From a virus (Duplodnaviria > Heunggongvirae > Uroviricota > Caudoviricetes): a DNA stretch of 64,000 bases. Numbering within the stretch: position 1 is the stretch's first letter; every line of letters starts with the position of its first letter. Location: IMG/VR virus record IMGVR_UViG_3300043433_000105, positions 1 through 64,000 of that record; one strand, written 5' to 3'. The notes under the pieces are model-generated. The model searched no databases and was not told where the DNA came from. It worked only from the letters and a program-made list of their open reading frames with translations. This document shows positions 10,221 through 20,080 of the stretch, one piece after another. The position numbers were made by a program, and so were the translations under genes.

Positions 10221-10914
10221 ATCTAGCTTTCCTTAGTTGCGCTGCTGATTCATCAATTTGTTTATTTACAACATTTTTCATTTCTTGCGTCATCACATTT
10301 GTGAGAATCGCACTCATACATTCATCTTCCACAAGGCTTGCAATAGAGTTAGCAACAAACTCTTCTGCTAACCGTAGCTGTGCTGCAGCAAACGCACCGA
10401 CATCATTAGCAATTTGTTCAGCCAGTACAGCGACTAACCCAACTGCAGTCAAAACTGTTTCGATAATTCTGCCAGCCACATTTGCTTTGAATTCTTCGAC
10501 TTTTTGAATAAACTCATTAATTTTTTGAATATATTCATCTGCCTTAGTGAGCGCACCAAAAGCAGCGAGAACACTTGAGCAACTTAGTTCGCCATTTACA
10601 TTACGCGCAGCACCAACAGTTTTTGCAATAGTTGCAAGTGTTGTATTGCCTGTTAGATCGACGCCAGAAATTCTATCGGTGTGACCTAAAAACTCGTTGA
10701 CTTTATTGTAAGCAGTTACTAAAGACTCTTGAGCAGCAACAATCTGTGGTGCAGGTGGAACGGGTAGACCTGTAATTAAACTCTGACCAGTAGCCAATAC
10801 CTGTAGCTCTGAAACACTCGGTATTTGAAAGCTACCAAACGTGCCGGTGACTGCAGATCGAATAGGGTTATACAACCCACCATTTCGCATTGCTTCTAAA
10901 ACTAAATTACTCAT
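10210..10914 (-). CDS. hypothetical structural protein
   Basis: 234 aa, Ala/Val-rich; start overlaps the PAAR gene stop, consistent with translational coupling. Confidence 0.4.
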   Translation of the reverse strand: MSNLVLEAMRNGGLYNPIRSAVTGTFGSFQIPSVSELQVLATGQSLITGLPVPPAPQIVAAQESLVTAYNKVNEFLGHTDRISGVDLTGNTTLATIAKTVGAARNVNGELSCSSVLAAFGALTKADEYIQKINEFIQKVEEFKANVAGRIIETVLTAVGLVAVLAEQIANDVGAFAAAQLRLAEEFVANSIASLVEDECMSAILTNVMTQEMKNVVNKQIDESAAQLRKARYGY

Positions 10915-11195
10915 CCTATTTCTGTCCTCAAAGCGCCTGTAGCGACTAAACTACCACATGCTATAGCATCACCTACACGACCTATTGGAAGACCGCCCAG
11001 AAAGGTTTTGGGTGATCCTGTAGCCAGTATTGATGCGTGACTTGATTTACCATCACTATGCTCTGCCCAAGCGTCTCCTACGACCTGTACACCTACACCT
11101 TCAATGAAGGTATTAAGTGACGCAGAAACAGCCTGTCTAGGTGGAAACCCACCGTGACCTGTGCATATCGATGTAAGTAATGCTACTGCACTCAT
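10911..11195 (-). CDS. 5.4: PAAR-repeat spike-tip protein (gp5.4-like)
   Basis: 94 aa with GDxxxCG/VGD PAAR-like repeats (VGDAWAEHSDG, IGRVGDAIACGS). Confidence 0.65.
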   Translation of the reverse strand: MSAVALLTSICTGHGGFPPRQAVSASLNTFIEGVGVQVVGDAWAEHSDGKSSHASILATGSPKTFLGGLPIGRVGDAIACGSLVATGALRTEIG

Positions 11196-12061
11196 TACCA
11201 GTTATTCTTACCAAAAGCCATGTTATGACGAGCTTTACGATACTTCTTAGCAATATCATTTGAAAACCCATAATCAATAATAACTGGATGACGATGACCA
11301 GTTACTGGATGTACATATATACCCATATTACGTGGAGCAAGATCGCCTGGGTGCATACCAGAATCATGCATCATACTGATCATATTACTGACATATGGAT
11401 GCTCAACAATTTTGTCATGATCTTTTGGTTCATAAGAATGTTGACCATGTGCCGACCTATGCTCATGCTCCATAGAATCTATAATTTGATGATGCGTCAG
11501 ACCCTTCGGAAAATCTTCATTCTTCGTGTGGTTTGCCAAATCTTTTGCATTGTATTTTTCAACACGACCCATTTCAAGATGATGGCCTTCAGAATGTGAC
11601 TCAAAAACTGGAGCCAAAACTCCATGGTGATTGGTCTTGTAATGCCCTTCATGATCCCACCCTAAAACACCATAAGAGCGATTGATATGGTGATCAGATT
11701 CAAGACTGTTTTGGTCTTGACCTAACAGAGTATCTTCGCCATGGTGTTTGTCGAGTTGACCTTCAAAAGCAATTTTAATTGCAGTTGGGGTTTTGGTCTT
11801 GGTACCATCGACTGTAATTTCTTTATGATCCTTGGGGAAATATACAGCACGTGAAGACCCTTTTTTAGGCTTTCCATCTTCAATACCACTATCAATACCT
11901 TGCTTACCAAGATCACTTATTTTCTTTGACACTGCCTTAAAAATATGATGCGTAGGAAGACTTTCAGAATCAAGAATCGTCTTAATATCTGGGTGAAGTT
12001 CTTCGGTAATAACTTGGTACATTGCCAAGTATGCTTCGGTTACTGTTTTAATTTGTGTCAT
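11195..12061 (-). CDS. histidine-rich hypothetical protein
   Basis: 288 aa with very high His content (HHGED, SHSEGHH, MEHEHRSAHGQH); ATG overlaps the PAAR stop. Confidence 0.5.
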   Translation of the reverse strand: MTQIKTVTEAYLAMYQVITEELHPDIKTILDSESLPTHHIFKAVSKKISDLGKQGIDSGIEDGKPKKGSSRAVYFPKDHKEITVDGTKTKTPTAIKIAFEGQLDKHHGEDTLLGQDQNSLESDHHINRSYGVLGWDHEGHYKTNHHGVLAPVFESHSEGHHLEMGRVEKYNAKDLANHTKNEDFPKGLTHHQIIDSMEHEHRSAHGQHSYEPKDHDKIVEHPYVSNMISMMHDSGMHPGDLAPRNMGIYVHPVTGHRHPVIIDYGFSNDIAKKYRKARHNMAFGKNNW

Positions 12062-12558
12062 TTTAATCCTAGAAATTTAGAAACTGTTAATAGATTTGTT
12101 TTGAACCAACCACCGATAGTGGTTGAGTCATTCATTGTTGATATAGGAGCAGACCAAACTGCATCACGAATTTCATTTGCTGTTGCTCCACCGCCACCAG
12201 TTGTAACAACTAGACCCGCTGAGTTGCCAACCACAATAGAAACTTGATTTAGATTTTTTACGTCTGCGATATTATGGTTTGCACCAACGCAAGAAACAAC
12301 ATACTGACCATCTTCAAACGTAATTGTGTATCCGTTAATAATTTCAACAGATCGTGCATACGTCACACCCGATAACGTAATTTCTGTATTATGTCGGTGA
12401 GTATCTGGGTAAACTATACCCGCACCCGACTCTTCAATCTCTTTTAACGCCAAACGTAAAGCATTAACATCCAACTCAAACAGAATTGGAGTTTTTTGAG
12501 TCATAAACGTTTTTGGAATCGATATGACTTTGGTGTTGAAATTAATTGTAATTGACAT
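12058..12558 (-). CDS. hypothetical baseplate/tail protein
   Basis: 166 aa; position and stop/start overlaps suggest a structural operon. Confidence 0.4.
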   Translation of the reverse strand: MSITINFNTKVISIPKTFMTQKTPILFELDVNALRLALKEIEESGAGIVYPDTHRHNTEITLSGVTYARSVEIINGYTITFEDGQYVVSCVGANHNIADVKNLNQVSIVVGNSAGLVVTTGGGGATANEIRDAVWSAPISTMNDSTTIGGWFKTNLLTVSKFLGLK

Positions 12559-12564
12559 AATGTA

Positions 12565-12786
12565 TTAAGCTGATGGGCCAGAGCCAGCTAATTTAGCTCT
12601 CATAAAATTCAATTGAGTTTCGAGTGCCTGTATTTTTGCTGTAAATGTGTGTACAGTATTTTGAAGAGAATCGATTTTAGCGTTTTGCGCATAAATTCTT
12701 TGATTCATCTCTTCAAGTTTCTGTGCCATTGTTTCTGTATTTCTTCTATTTAATTCACCTTGTAAAGTATCCATATTATTCGTCAC
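12565..12786 (-). CDS. small coiled-coil protein
   Basis: 73 aa; heptad-like Q/L/E-rich sequence. Confidence 0.35.
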   Translation of the reverse strand: MTNNMDTLQGELNRRNTETMAQKLEEMNQRIYAQNAKIDSLQNTVHTFTAKIQALETQLNFMRAKLAGSGPSA

Positions 12787-15643
12787 TCACTAAAAATGAT
12801 GTTATTTCCAATCCTGCAGAGGTGATAGTACCTGATAATGGAGAGTTTCTATATCTTGGCGAATCTGTCATTTTACGCACCCGACCAATTACGGGTTGTG
12901 ATGCGCCAGACAACTCAATTGATGTCGAAACAACTCCAGATGCGTTTGTAAGGTTATTTAAAATAACCGTACCTTCTGGTAAAAACCCACCCGCACCCGC
13001 AACTAAGTAAACCCTAGCGTCTTGAATAGGCGCAGAGGTTGCAGCATCTTTAGCGTCAATCACAATATTCACTGTTTCGAGTGGGTAATAGTTGGCTTGT
13101 GCAGCAGCGGTTGTTGTGGTAATCAAATACAAAGAAGTGATTGCAGTTGTGTTTGTCACAGTTGTGGTGATTTTCAAACGCAACTTAACCCCAAGTGCTG
13201 GATTAATTGCACCTAGCGCGTTTAAAGCTGTGGCTAAAGTTGTAGCTGTATAGTTTGCAGTTGTCATTGTACTCCAACCAACACCATTGTTCAAGTCAAC
13301 GGAAAAGTTGTAGTTATAGTTTGTTGCCGTACCACCCGCCATAATTGCAGCACTGTTAGTAAACTGAGTATGTCCTAATGTGTAATATGGCATTTCAAAC
13401 GTTGCAGTTTGACCAATTACAGGCATATACAATCCACCAGCCGCAGTAAACGCAGCACCACCAGTTAGTGACACTTGTGCTGCAGTCAAAACCGTAGGCT
13501 CATTCATTAAAATAGCAATACGACCAACTGTTGCAGAGATAAAATGATCAAACCAATGAGTACCATATACCGCAGTCTGTGCAGCATATGTTGGGGTTGC
13601 ACCAACACCTCTACAAAGCACGTTCAACATGTTATTAACTGGTACGTCTGCATAATCACCCATACAGTTATCAACGGTAATTCGTGTAGATGAGTTATCA
13701 CCAGAGTATAAGTTAGTTCGCGTCAGTGATGTAAAGATACGTTGTAATTTAATATCTTGAGCAGCCGCACCAGTTGCAATTGCGCACACAGTACCTGTTG
13801 AGTTAGTTGCACCAAGTGACAACTGTGCAGATGGTGATGTCCCAATTCTACGCAATTTCAAGTTTGCGCAACCTGCAGCGTTAATTGTAAGTATTGCAGT
13901 GTATGGGTGAACGTTAGTCAAACCACCAAAAGTCAAACCATCAAATACACAATTAATTGTGTTTGCGGAACACAACCAAATAGACATAGGATTGGTTGTA
14001 CCTGTAGTAGTAATTGCGTCGTAATATACTGTATTGTAATAATTAACATTGGTGCATGTTGTTAAAAGAACCTGGCCCAAGCCAATTGTTTGATTATTAA
14101 AGTTGCAGTTCTGTGCGCGTGTGAGTGTTGCTGATCCTGTTGTAGCGTTGGCACGAATAACAAGTGCAAAGACTTTGCACTTGTTAAAGGTAAACCCAGC
14201 AATATCAGTTCCAGAAAATATGTAACGACCCGCTGTAGCAAGTGAAGCTGAAGTAAAAACACTACCTTCAAAATTACCACCAGCAAAACACAGACTTATT
14301 GACAACCCGAATTGGGCGTTTGCTGCTTCTTGACCAACACCAACACGGCATACAGTCATAGGCTGTGCAATTTCGGACATAATCAACTGAGTGCAAATAC
14401 CACTGTGTTTCATCACCACAGAATATGCCTGCGCAAAGGAAGGGTACCACGCGAGAGAAGCCTTTTGAATATCAACCACGCCACCACCAGTTGTAGTAAA
14501 GTCATAGCGTGTTGCTAATGTCGCATTTGGTAATACGTTTGTTGCACGTGCAGCAGTTGTGTTATTTGCAGTAATAATGTTTGGTAAACGAATTCTACGA
14601 CCAGCAGGTGGAACATAACCAACAGCGTTTGTGCCATCAGAACCAAAACGTAAAACACCAGCAGTTGTGGCCCAGAATACTTTACCACGAACAGCATCAG
14701 TTGGTGTAGATGCGGCAGCAACGAGTGATCCTGCACATGTATACACTTCAGGAACCACAGCAGAACCGCCAGAAACCCATGCACCTGGGTCTGCTAATGT
14801 AATTGTGTAGGATGTGTTAGTCACAGCAGTAATAATCGCGTCTACAACGTTATAGCCAGCAGGTGAAGCGCCAGTTACTGTTACTTCATCCCCAACCACA
14901 AAACTATGAGACGCGACTTGATAAGTAACGCTACCAGCAGAACGAGTAGCGCCCGTGATTGTTGCAGCATCGGAATCTACATAAACGGCTGGATAATACT
15001 GCACAGAGCCATTTGTGGGTAGTTGGTATGTTGTCGCGTTTGAACCAGATGTTGTACCAACCGCATACCATGCACCCTTGAATTGAACTGTACCCAATCT
15101 GTTTGCGGTAATTGTGGATGATTCATCACCATTAACTTCAATAAACCCACGAACAGGTGCGCCTGATATCGTGAATGTGTATCCAGCTTGAGTGAATGTG
15201 CCTGACGATGGAGGTTGCGCAGATGCGTTTGTGACTTTAATAAACCCAGTGGCAACACCTGTTAACACAGGCGCAGTATTCACTGCTGACCATATACCAA
15301 TAGTGTTGCATGTAACACCTGATAATGTGATAGCTGTACCGGCAGTCATAGTGCCAGAGCCACCGGTAAATGGAATTAACCACACCTTTGTGGCATCAAT
15401 AATTAAGTTGCCTCCAGTTGTTGGAGAAACTGTAATTGATCCTAGTGTAAATGTTGTTGCGCCAGATAACCCATATCGAATATCTTGATCGATAGTTAAT
15501 GTCTGACCGTTCAACGCAAACGTATCACCACCAGTTCTAGCCGTTGTCACCCCGAATATCGAAGCGTTTCCGATATCACGAAGTGTCCCAGAACCTGTCA
15601 TTGTGTAACTTGTCATTATTCTTCCTAATAAAAAAGCCACCAA
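12776..15643 (-). CDS. large tail-fibre-like structural protein (955 aa)
   Basis: Very Thr/Gly/Ala/Ser-rich with low-complexity beta-strand repeats, typical of phage fibres. Confidence 0.55.
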   Translation of the reverse strand: MVAFLLGRIMTSYTMTGSGTLRDIGNASIFGVTTARTGGDTFALNGQTLTIDQDIRYGLSGATTFTLGSITVSPTTGGNLIIDATKVWLIPFTGGSGTMTAGTAITLSGVTCNTIGIWSAVNTAPVLTGVATGFIKVTNASAQPPSSGTFTQAGYTFTISGAPVRGFIEVNGDESSTITANRLGTVQFKGAWYAVGTTSGSNATTYQLPTNGSVQYYPAVYVDSDAATITGATRSAGSVTYQVASHSFVVGDEVTVTGASPAGYNVVDAIITAVTNTSYTITLADPGAWVSGGSAVVPEVYTCAGSLVAAASTPTDAVRGKVFWATTAGVLRFGSDGTNAVGYVPPAGRRIRLPNIITANNTTAARATNVLPNATLATRYDFTTTGGGVVDIQKASLAWYPSFAQAYSVVMKHSGICTQLIMSEIAQPMTVCRVGVGQEAANAQFGLSISLCFAGGNFEGSVFTSASLATAGRYIFSGTDIAGFTFNKCKVFALVIRANATTGSATLTRAQNCNFNNQTIGLGQVLLTTCTNVNYYNTVYYDAITTTGTTNPMSIWLCSANTINCVFDGLTFGGLTNVHPYTAILTINAAGCANLKLRRIGTSPSAQLSLGATNSTGTVCAIATGAAAQDIKLQRIFTSLTRTNLYSGDNSSTRITVDNCMGDYADVPVNNMLNVLCRGVGATPTYAAQTAVYGTHWFDHFISATVGRIAILMNEPTVLTAAQVSLTGGAAFTAAGGLYMPVIGQTATFEMPYYTLGHTQFTNSAAIMAGGTATNYNYNFSVDLNNGVGWSTMTTANYTATTLATALNALGAINPALGVKLRLKITTTVTNTTAITSLYLITTTTAAAQANYYPLETVNIVIDAKDAATSAPIQDARVYLVAGAGGFLPEGTVILNNLTNASGVVSTSIELSGASQPVIGRVRKMTDSPRYRNSPLSGTITSAGLEITSFLVSDE

Positions 15644-15685
15644 AGCCTTAGCTAAGGTGGCTCAAGACTTATATCTTGTATTTAA

Positions 15686-15916
15686 TTAGCCAACTTTGAT
15701 TAAAAAAGTTTCTTCAATAAGTTTAGCAGCAGTGATAGTTTTGTCAACAGGAAACATTTCCCATTTACGCAAGAACTCTTCAATGTAGTACAATTGATTT
15801 GACTCAATAAAATACTTTACTGAGTGAGCATACATTTCAGGTTCCAGGGATGTAATTTTTCCCCAGTCAATCAAAATCCAGTCAGATGGTGCAATTACCA
15901 AAAATTCACTACTCAT
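15686..15916 (-). CDS. hypothetical protein
   Basis: 76-aa ORF. Confidence 0.35.
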   Translation of the reverse strand: MSSEFLVIAPSDWILIDWGKITSLEPEMYAHSVKYFIESNQLYYIEEFLRKWEMFPVDKTITAAKLIEETFLIKVG

Positions 15917-16129
15917 TTATTTGCGCCCCTTACGAATAACAATACCAGCTACACTATTAATTTCTTGAAAAATACTATCTGGAAAATCACAAGATACCGT
16001 GATAATACATGTTGATTTTCCTCGGTGAGAAAAAATATTGAAGGAAGTAATATTTTCAAGTTTTACTCCCTTCCAATACAGGGTGTTCAACCCTGTAACC
16101 AATAAATCAGTTTGAACTGTTTCTAGCAT
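15917..16129 (-). CDS. hypothetical protein
   Basis: 70-aa ORF packed tightly against the previous one. Confidence 0.3.
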   Translation of the reverse strand: MLETVQTDLLVTGLNTLYWKGVKLENITSFNIFSHRGKSTCIITVSCDFPDSIFQEINSVAGIVIRKGRK

Positions 16130-16141
16130 TTATTTCCTTTA

Positions 16142-17860
16142 TTATGCGTCAGAAGTACGAATTGCAGATGCTGAACCACCGGAGCTACCAAGAGTAGCAG
16201 GCGATTCAAACGTTTTGATTGGGCTCGCAGCACCGTCGCGAACCCGCACAAACAGGTTACGGTTTGAGTGATAAACCGATGTATAGATAACACTTGAACT
16301 TGCTGCCAATGTGTCAATATACGAAATGAATACAGGCTGATTCAGTGCAGCAGTTGGCACACCGGAACAACCAGTAAAAGTCATAGTAGATGCGGCAACA
16401 GTGTAACCAGTGTAGGTCACACGTTGATACACACCGTTTGCATCCTTGATGCGAATAGTACCAGTAGTTGGTGTGTCAGTTGCAGACGCTGTGCCTGTAC
16501 CTGGCGTTTGTGTACCAGCCTTAACAACAACTGAAGTTGCGCCTGCTGTAATAGCAGCATTTAACAAGAATTGACCATCATCAAGCAAACCACCACCAGT
16601 TGCTGGCCCAACTAAAACACGATCCTCAGTTGCAACAAGACCAGACACTGTAAACTGCACATAGTTAGGTGGTGTGCGCTGAGTGTTAGTTAAGTCAAAC
16701 ACCTTGTCAGACGCAGACAGATCAGTCGATTCAAGTGCAAGACCATAAGAGCCAATCAGCGCAGAACCAGTGGAAACTCCAACAAACGGAAAGGACAAAG
16801 TACGTTCAAGTGGTGTACCGGAGTTTGTAGTTGATGCTGCGGAGGTTGTGCCTGTAATGGTAACTGCACCGGATGGGGCAACCCCAGTCAAAAGCTGAAT
16901 CCACATTTTAGTACCGGCAGTTGTAGAGTCAATTGCAAGCATCTGACCTGTGCCGCCTGACCAAGAAACTGGTTCAAAAGCATTAAACGTGCCAGCGCGT
17001 GGAGTTGTTAGTGATACTTCATGTGTAATGCCACGGAATACTTCACCATTAAGACCATAAAGAGTTTCAGTTGTGCCTCTACGAGTCAACCACTTCATAC
17101 GTTCGTAGAATTGGTTAATAGAGAAAGAGTCACGGTTCCACTTGGAGTAATAAAACTCGTTTGTACCATCATTATTAACGTCAATTGCGTTATAACCTTG
17201 GAACGTGTTATTAATGGATGTCCATGTTGCAACAGTAGCAGGGGCTGTTTCATCGTTCAAGTCATCAGCGTATGTGAGCGCCATAACGTTGTTACCACGT
17301 GAAGTACCGTTGATTTTAAACTCGGAATATGTAAACCCAGATTCACGAGTTTGACCGATAATTTTACGCAAATCAATATCTGTACCACCAGTGCGAACAA
17401 GCAACATAAACCGATGTGAAATACCGTTAGCAGGATCAGAATTAAGACCTTTTAAGGATGCACCAAATGGAATTGTATTCCAAAAGTCGTTTGCAACCAT
17501 TGACCCGTTTTGTTGAATCTCCAAATGCATACCTGGTGTTGCGAAAACCAAAACACCGTCATATACAGTAGCACCACCAGCTTGAATAATAGAGCCATCG
17601 TAAAGGTGTTCTGAAGCAACTTGATCAATGTTATATCCGTTAATCAGCGTGATAATGTTATCAGTTGATCGTTCGGATGCAGTCGCGTCTGTAATGTCCA
17701 AAATATCGTTGCCGGTAGCAGCAGCATCATCCATAAGGGCACCAAGCCAACGGTGAAACGCGATAACGGTGTAATAACCAGAACCAGATGCGCCGTGAGC
17801 AGCGCCAGTATATCGAATATCACCCGTAGCTGATACTGAAAAATCGTCTTGAATTGCCAT
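16142..17860 (-). CDS. tail-fibre/structural protein (572 aa)
   Basis: Thr/Gly/Ser-rich, fibre-like composition. Confidence 0.5.
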   Translation of the reverse strand: MAIQDDFSVSATGDIRYTGAAHGASGSGYYTVIAFHRWLGALMDDAAATGNDILDITDATASERSTDNIITLINGYNIDQVASEHLYDGSIIQAGGATVYDGVLVFATPGMHLEIQQNGSMVANDFWNTIPFGASLKGLNSDPANGISHRFMLLVRTGGTDIDLRKIIGQTRESGFTYSEFKINGTSRGNNVMALTYADDLNDETAPATVATWTSINNTFQGYNAIDVNNDGTNEFYYSKWNRDSFSINQFYERMKWLTRRGTTETLYGLNGEVFRGITHEVSLTTPRAGTFNAFEPVSWSGGTGQMLAIDSTTAGTKMWIQLLTGVAPSGAVTITGTTSAASTTNSGTPLERTLSFPFVGVSTGSALIGSYGLALESTDLSASDKVFDLTNTQRTPPNYVQFTVSGLVATEDRVLVGPATGGGLLDDGQFLLNAAITAGATSVVVKAGTQTPGTGTASATDTPTTGTIRIKDANGVYQRVTYTGYTVAASTMTFTGCSGVPTAALNQPVFISYIDTLAASSSVIYTSVYHSNRNLFVRVRDGAASPIKTFESPATLGSSGGSASAIRTSDA

Positions 17861-17892
17861 AATTTACTTTCTATGTGTTTGTTTGGGTATAT

Positions 17893-18183
17893 TTAACTTA
17901 ATAGCGAACTGTGAACGTTAACACTAAACTCTTCGGCAGAAGCGTAGTTACCGGTACTTTCCCATCGAAAATACCACATACCCGCAACATCCAATAAAAC
18001 GTTAGAAGAGTATTTATTATCAATGCGGGTGATTGATACCGTAGTAATTGACGAGTCAGGCTTTTTGTACTTTAGAGTTACAGAATCTGGAATAACTTCA
18101 ATGTTATTACCATCATAAAACTTAGTAGTCATGCTAATTGTGTTGCCGACTAATTTTGGTTCGAATGCGTTAATCAATTTCAA
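17893..18183 (-). CDS. hypothetical protein
   Basis: 96-aa ORF. Confidence 0.35.
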   Translation of the reverse strand: MKLINAFEPKLVGNTISMTTKFYDGNNIEVIPDSVTLKYKKPDSSITTVSITRIDNKYSSNVLLDVAGMWYFRWESTGNYASAEEFSVNVHSSLLS

Positions 18184-18379
18184 CTTTCATGTAGGTATAT
18201 TTTGACACAACATTTGCTTTCGTCAACATCATGTCAACTTTTACATTGCTGTATTTCTTATTTAGTTTTATTTGTGGGTCTTTGAATGCAACAGAAACTC
18301 GTGAAAACTTGTACACGAGTTTCTGTTTTGCATCTTTTGCTTTCGATACAAAAAAGCCATATAACAGGCTAATTAGCAT
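18170..18379 (-). CDS. hypothetical protein
   Basis: 69-aa ORF. Confidence 0.3.
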   Translation of the reverse strand: MLISLLYGFFVSKAKDAKQKLVYKFSRVSVAFKDPQIKLNKKYSNVKVDMMLTKANVVSKYTYMKVEID

Positions 18380-18381
18380 GG

Positions 18382-20079
18382 CTAGATAATCAGTGTTCTA
18401 CAAAGTTCAGCACGTGAGTGAAACATGCTATAAAAGAAATTAACATTACCTACACCATCAATAAACTTCTTCGTAAACATTTTGTCACCAGTCACTGTTG
18501 ATGAGTTTGGATAAACAATCACGGCAAAAGGTAATAAAACGTGTTTATCAATATCAAATTGGAAAACGCGACCTGTACCCTCTTTTTGCACATAGATAAC
18601 ACCATCATCTTCCCAAGAATGAGAACCCGAGTTGAACGTTTCAAACTGATTGCCATATGGTGCGTTGGACAGCCATGTGTTTGTAGCAATATCGTAAAAG
18701 TCTAATGTGTTGGAACCACCCCCACGAAGAGAATAGATATAACGACCATTTTGTTTTACATTAATACTACCTTGAAAGTGTGGAGTAGAGTTTGTGCCTT
18801 CACCCCAACTAGGAACACTATTCACAACATCCATTGTGAATCCACCGCCTGGATTGCCAGAACGTGCAACAGTTGGCGTGACTGTCACCCACAAATTAGA
18901 ACCTAAGTTATAGCGATACAAAGCCACTGAAGCGTTACCGCCTAAAAATACGGTGTTGTAATCACCCTCTACAACAAACAAGGAAGTCGCATCAGGGTTT
19001 ACAATCCATGTGTCTTGACCAGTGCCTGTCTGTGCCGTTGCCTGCACAGTGGTATTAGTGCCTTGCAATGTGATTAATCCATTAGAAATAGCAGTAATTA
19101 CATAAACACCGTTAAACGTAGCATCAGATGCACCTGTAATGGTGAATCCACGGCCAGGGATCATATTCAGCGCCGCACTAGATGCAACAGTTGCTATCAC
19201 AACACCAGTAGCTGCACGAGTCATAGCTGTGAGCGCAGTGGTTGCAGATGATGTTGTAAATGTAGTGTTTGGCCCAACAGACGAGGAAATAATAGTTCTA
19301 GATTGACCAGCACCTGTACCAGTAACAATACGCACAGCATAGTTTGCAACTTGGTTAAGCACTAAGTTTTTATTAGTGACAAGTGTGGTTGCAGTAGCCG
19401 ATGTTGCGTTACCAGTTAAAATTTCTTCAGGCCTATTAGTTGTAGAAACTAACTGTCCGTCAGATGCAAACGAGGTGGGTAAACCAACTACTGATTTACT
19501 TATCCAGAAGTTAGTTGCGATGTCATAAAGACTCAAGCCAACACTAGATGTACCTGCGTTGAAAAATAACAAAGAGCCTGAGTAAACTTCATACATTGTA
19601 GTGCTATTAAAAGCAATTGTTGACGCAGGTGATACTGTCAATACAGAACTTGCGCCTAGTGTGTTTGAAGAAACTACACCCTCATAACCCATACCAGCAC
19701 CAGCGATCACGCGAATTTTTGCACCTGCAATAGAGCGAACAATGTTTCTATTTGTCGTAATAGTTGTCGTAGTACCTGCAGTCGCATTCTGTACAGTAAC
19801 TCCACCCAGTGATCCAATTTCAAGCATATCGCCACATGAGCCAGAGTTAAAAGCGCCTGCAATACCCGAGTTAGGAAGTTGAATCCAAGCATCCTCATTC
19901 GTGTCATACATATACACACCAGATGCACCGTTGACGAAAAACACCATGTTATAAAACGGATGATCTGGGTCTTTGATTGTGTCAACAAATGCGCCGTTAG
20001 CGGTGTTTGCAAACATGGGACTAGCAAATTCCCATGCCTTGCGATGAACTAGTTTTCTTAGGTTATTAGTGATTGTCAT
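18382..20079 (-). CDS. tail-fibre/structural protein (565 aa)
   Basis: Thr/Gly/Asn-rich with repeated NTW/NxW beta-like segments. Confidence 0.5.
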   Translation of the reverse strand: MTITNNLRKLVHRKAWEFASPMFANTANGAFVDTIKDPDHPFYNMVFFVNGASGVYMYDTNEDAWIQLPNSGIAGAFNSGSCGDMLEIGSLGGVTVQNATAGTTTTITTNRNIVRSIAGAKIRVIAGAGMGYEGVVSSNTLGASSVLTVSPASTIAFNSTTMYEVYSGSLLFFNAGTSSVGLSLYDIATNFWISKSVVGLPTSFASDGQLVSTTNRPEEILTGNATSATATTLVTNKNLVLNQVANYAVRIVTGTGAGQSRTIISSSVGPNTTFTTSSATTALTAMTRAATGVVIATVASSAALNMIPGRGFTITGASDATFNGVYVITAISNGLITLQGTNTTVQATAQTGTGQDTWIVNPDATSLFVVEGDYNTVFLGGNASVALYRYNLGSNLWVTVTPTVARSGNPGGGFTMDVVNSVPSWGEGTNSTPHFQGSINVKQNGRYIYSLRGGGSNTLDFYDIATNTWLSNAPYGNQFETFNSGSHSWEDDGVIYVQKEGTGRVFQFDIDKHVLLPFAVIVYPNSSTVTGDKMFTKKFIDGVGNVNFFYSMFHSRAELCRTLII

Positions 20080-20080
20080 A

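Noticed and set aside
19707-20027. Internal minus-strand ORF (106 aa) within the 565-aa fibre gene, and the plus-strand ORFs 20712-21299 inside the repeat fibre gene
   Set aside because: Alternative frames of repetitive coding DNA; no independent support.
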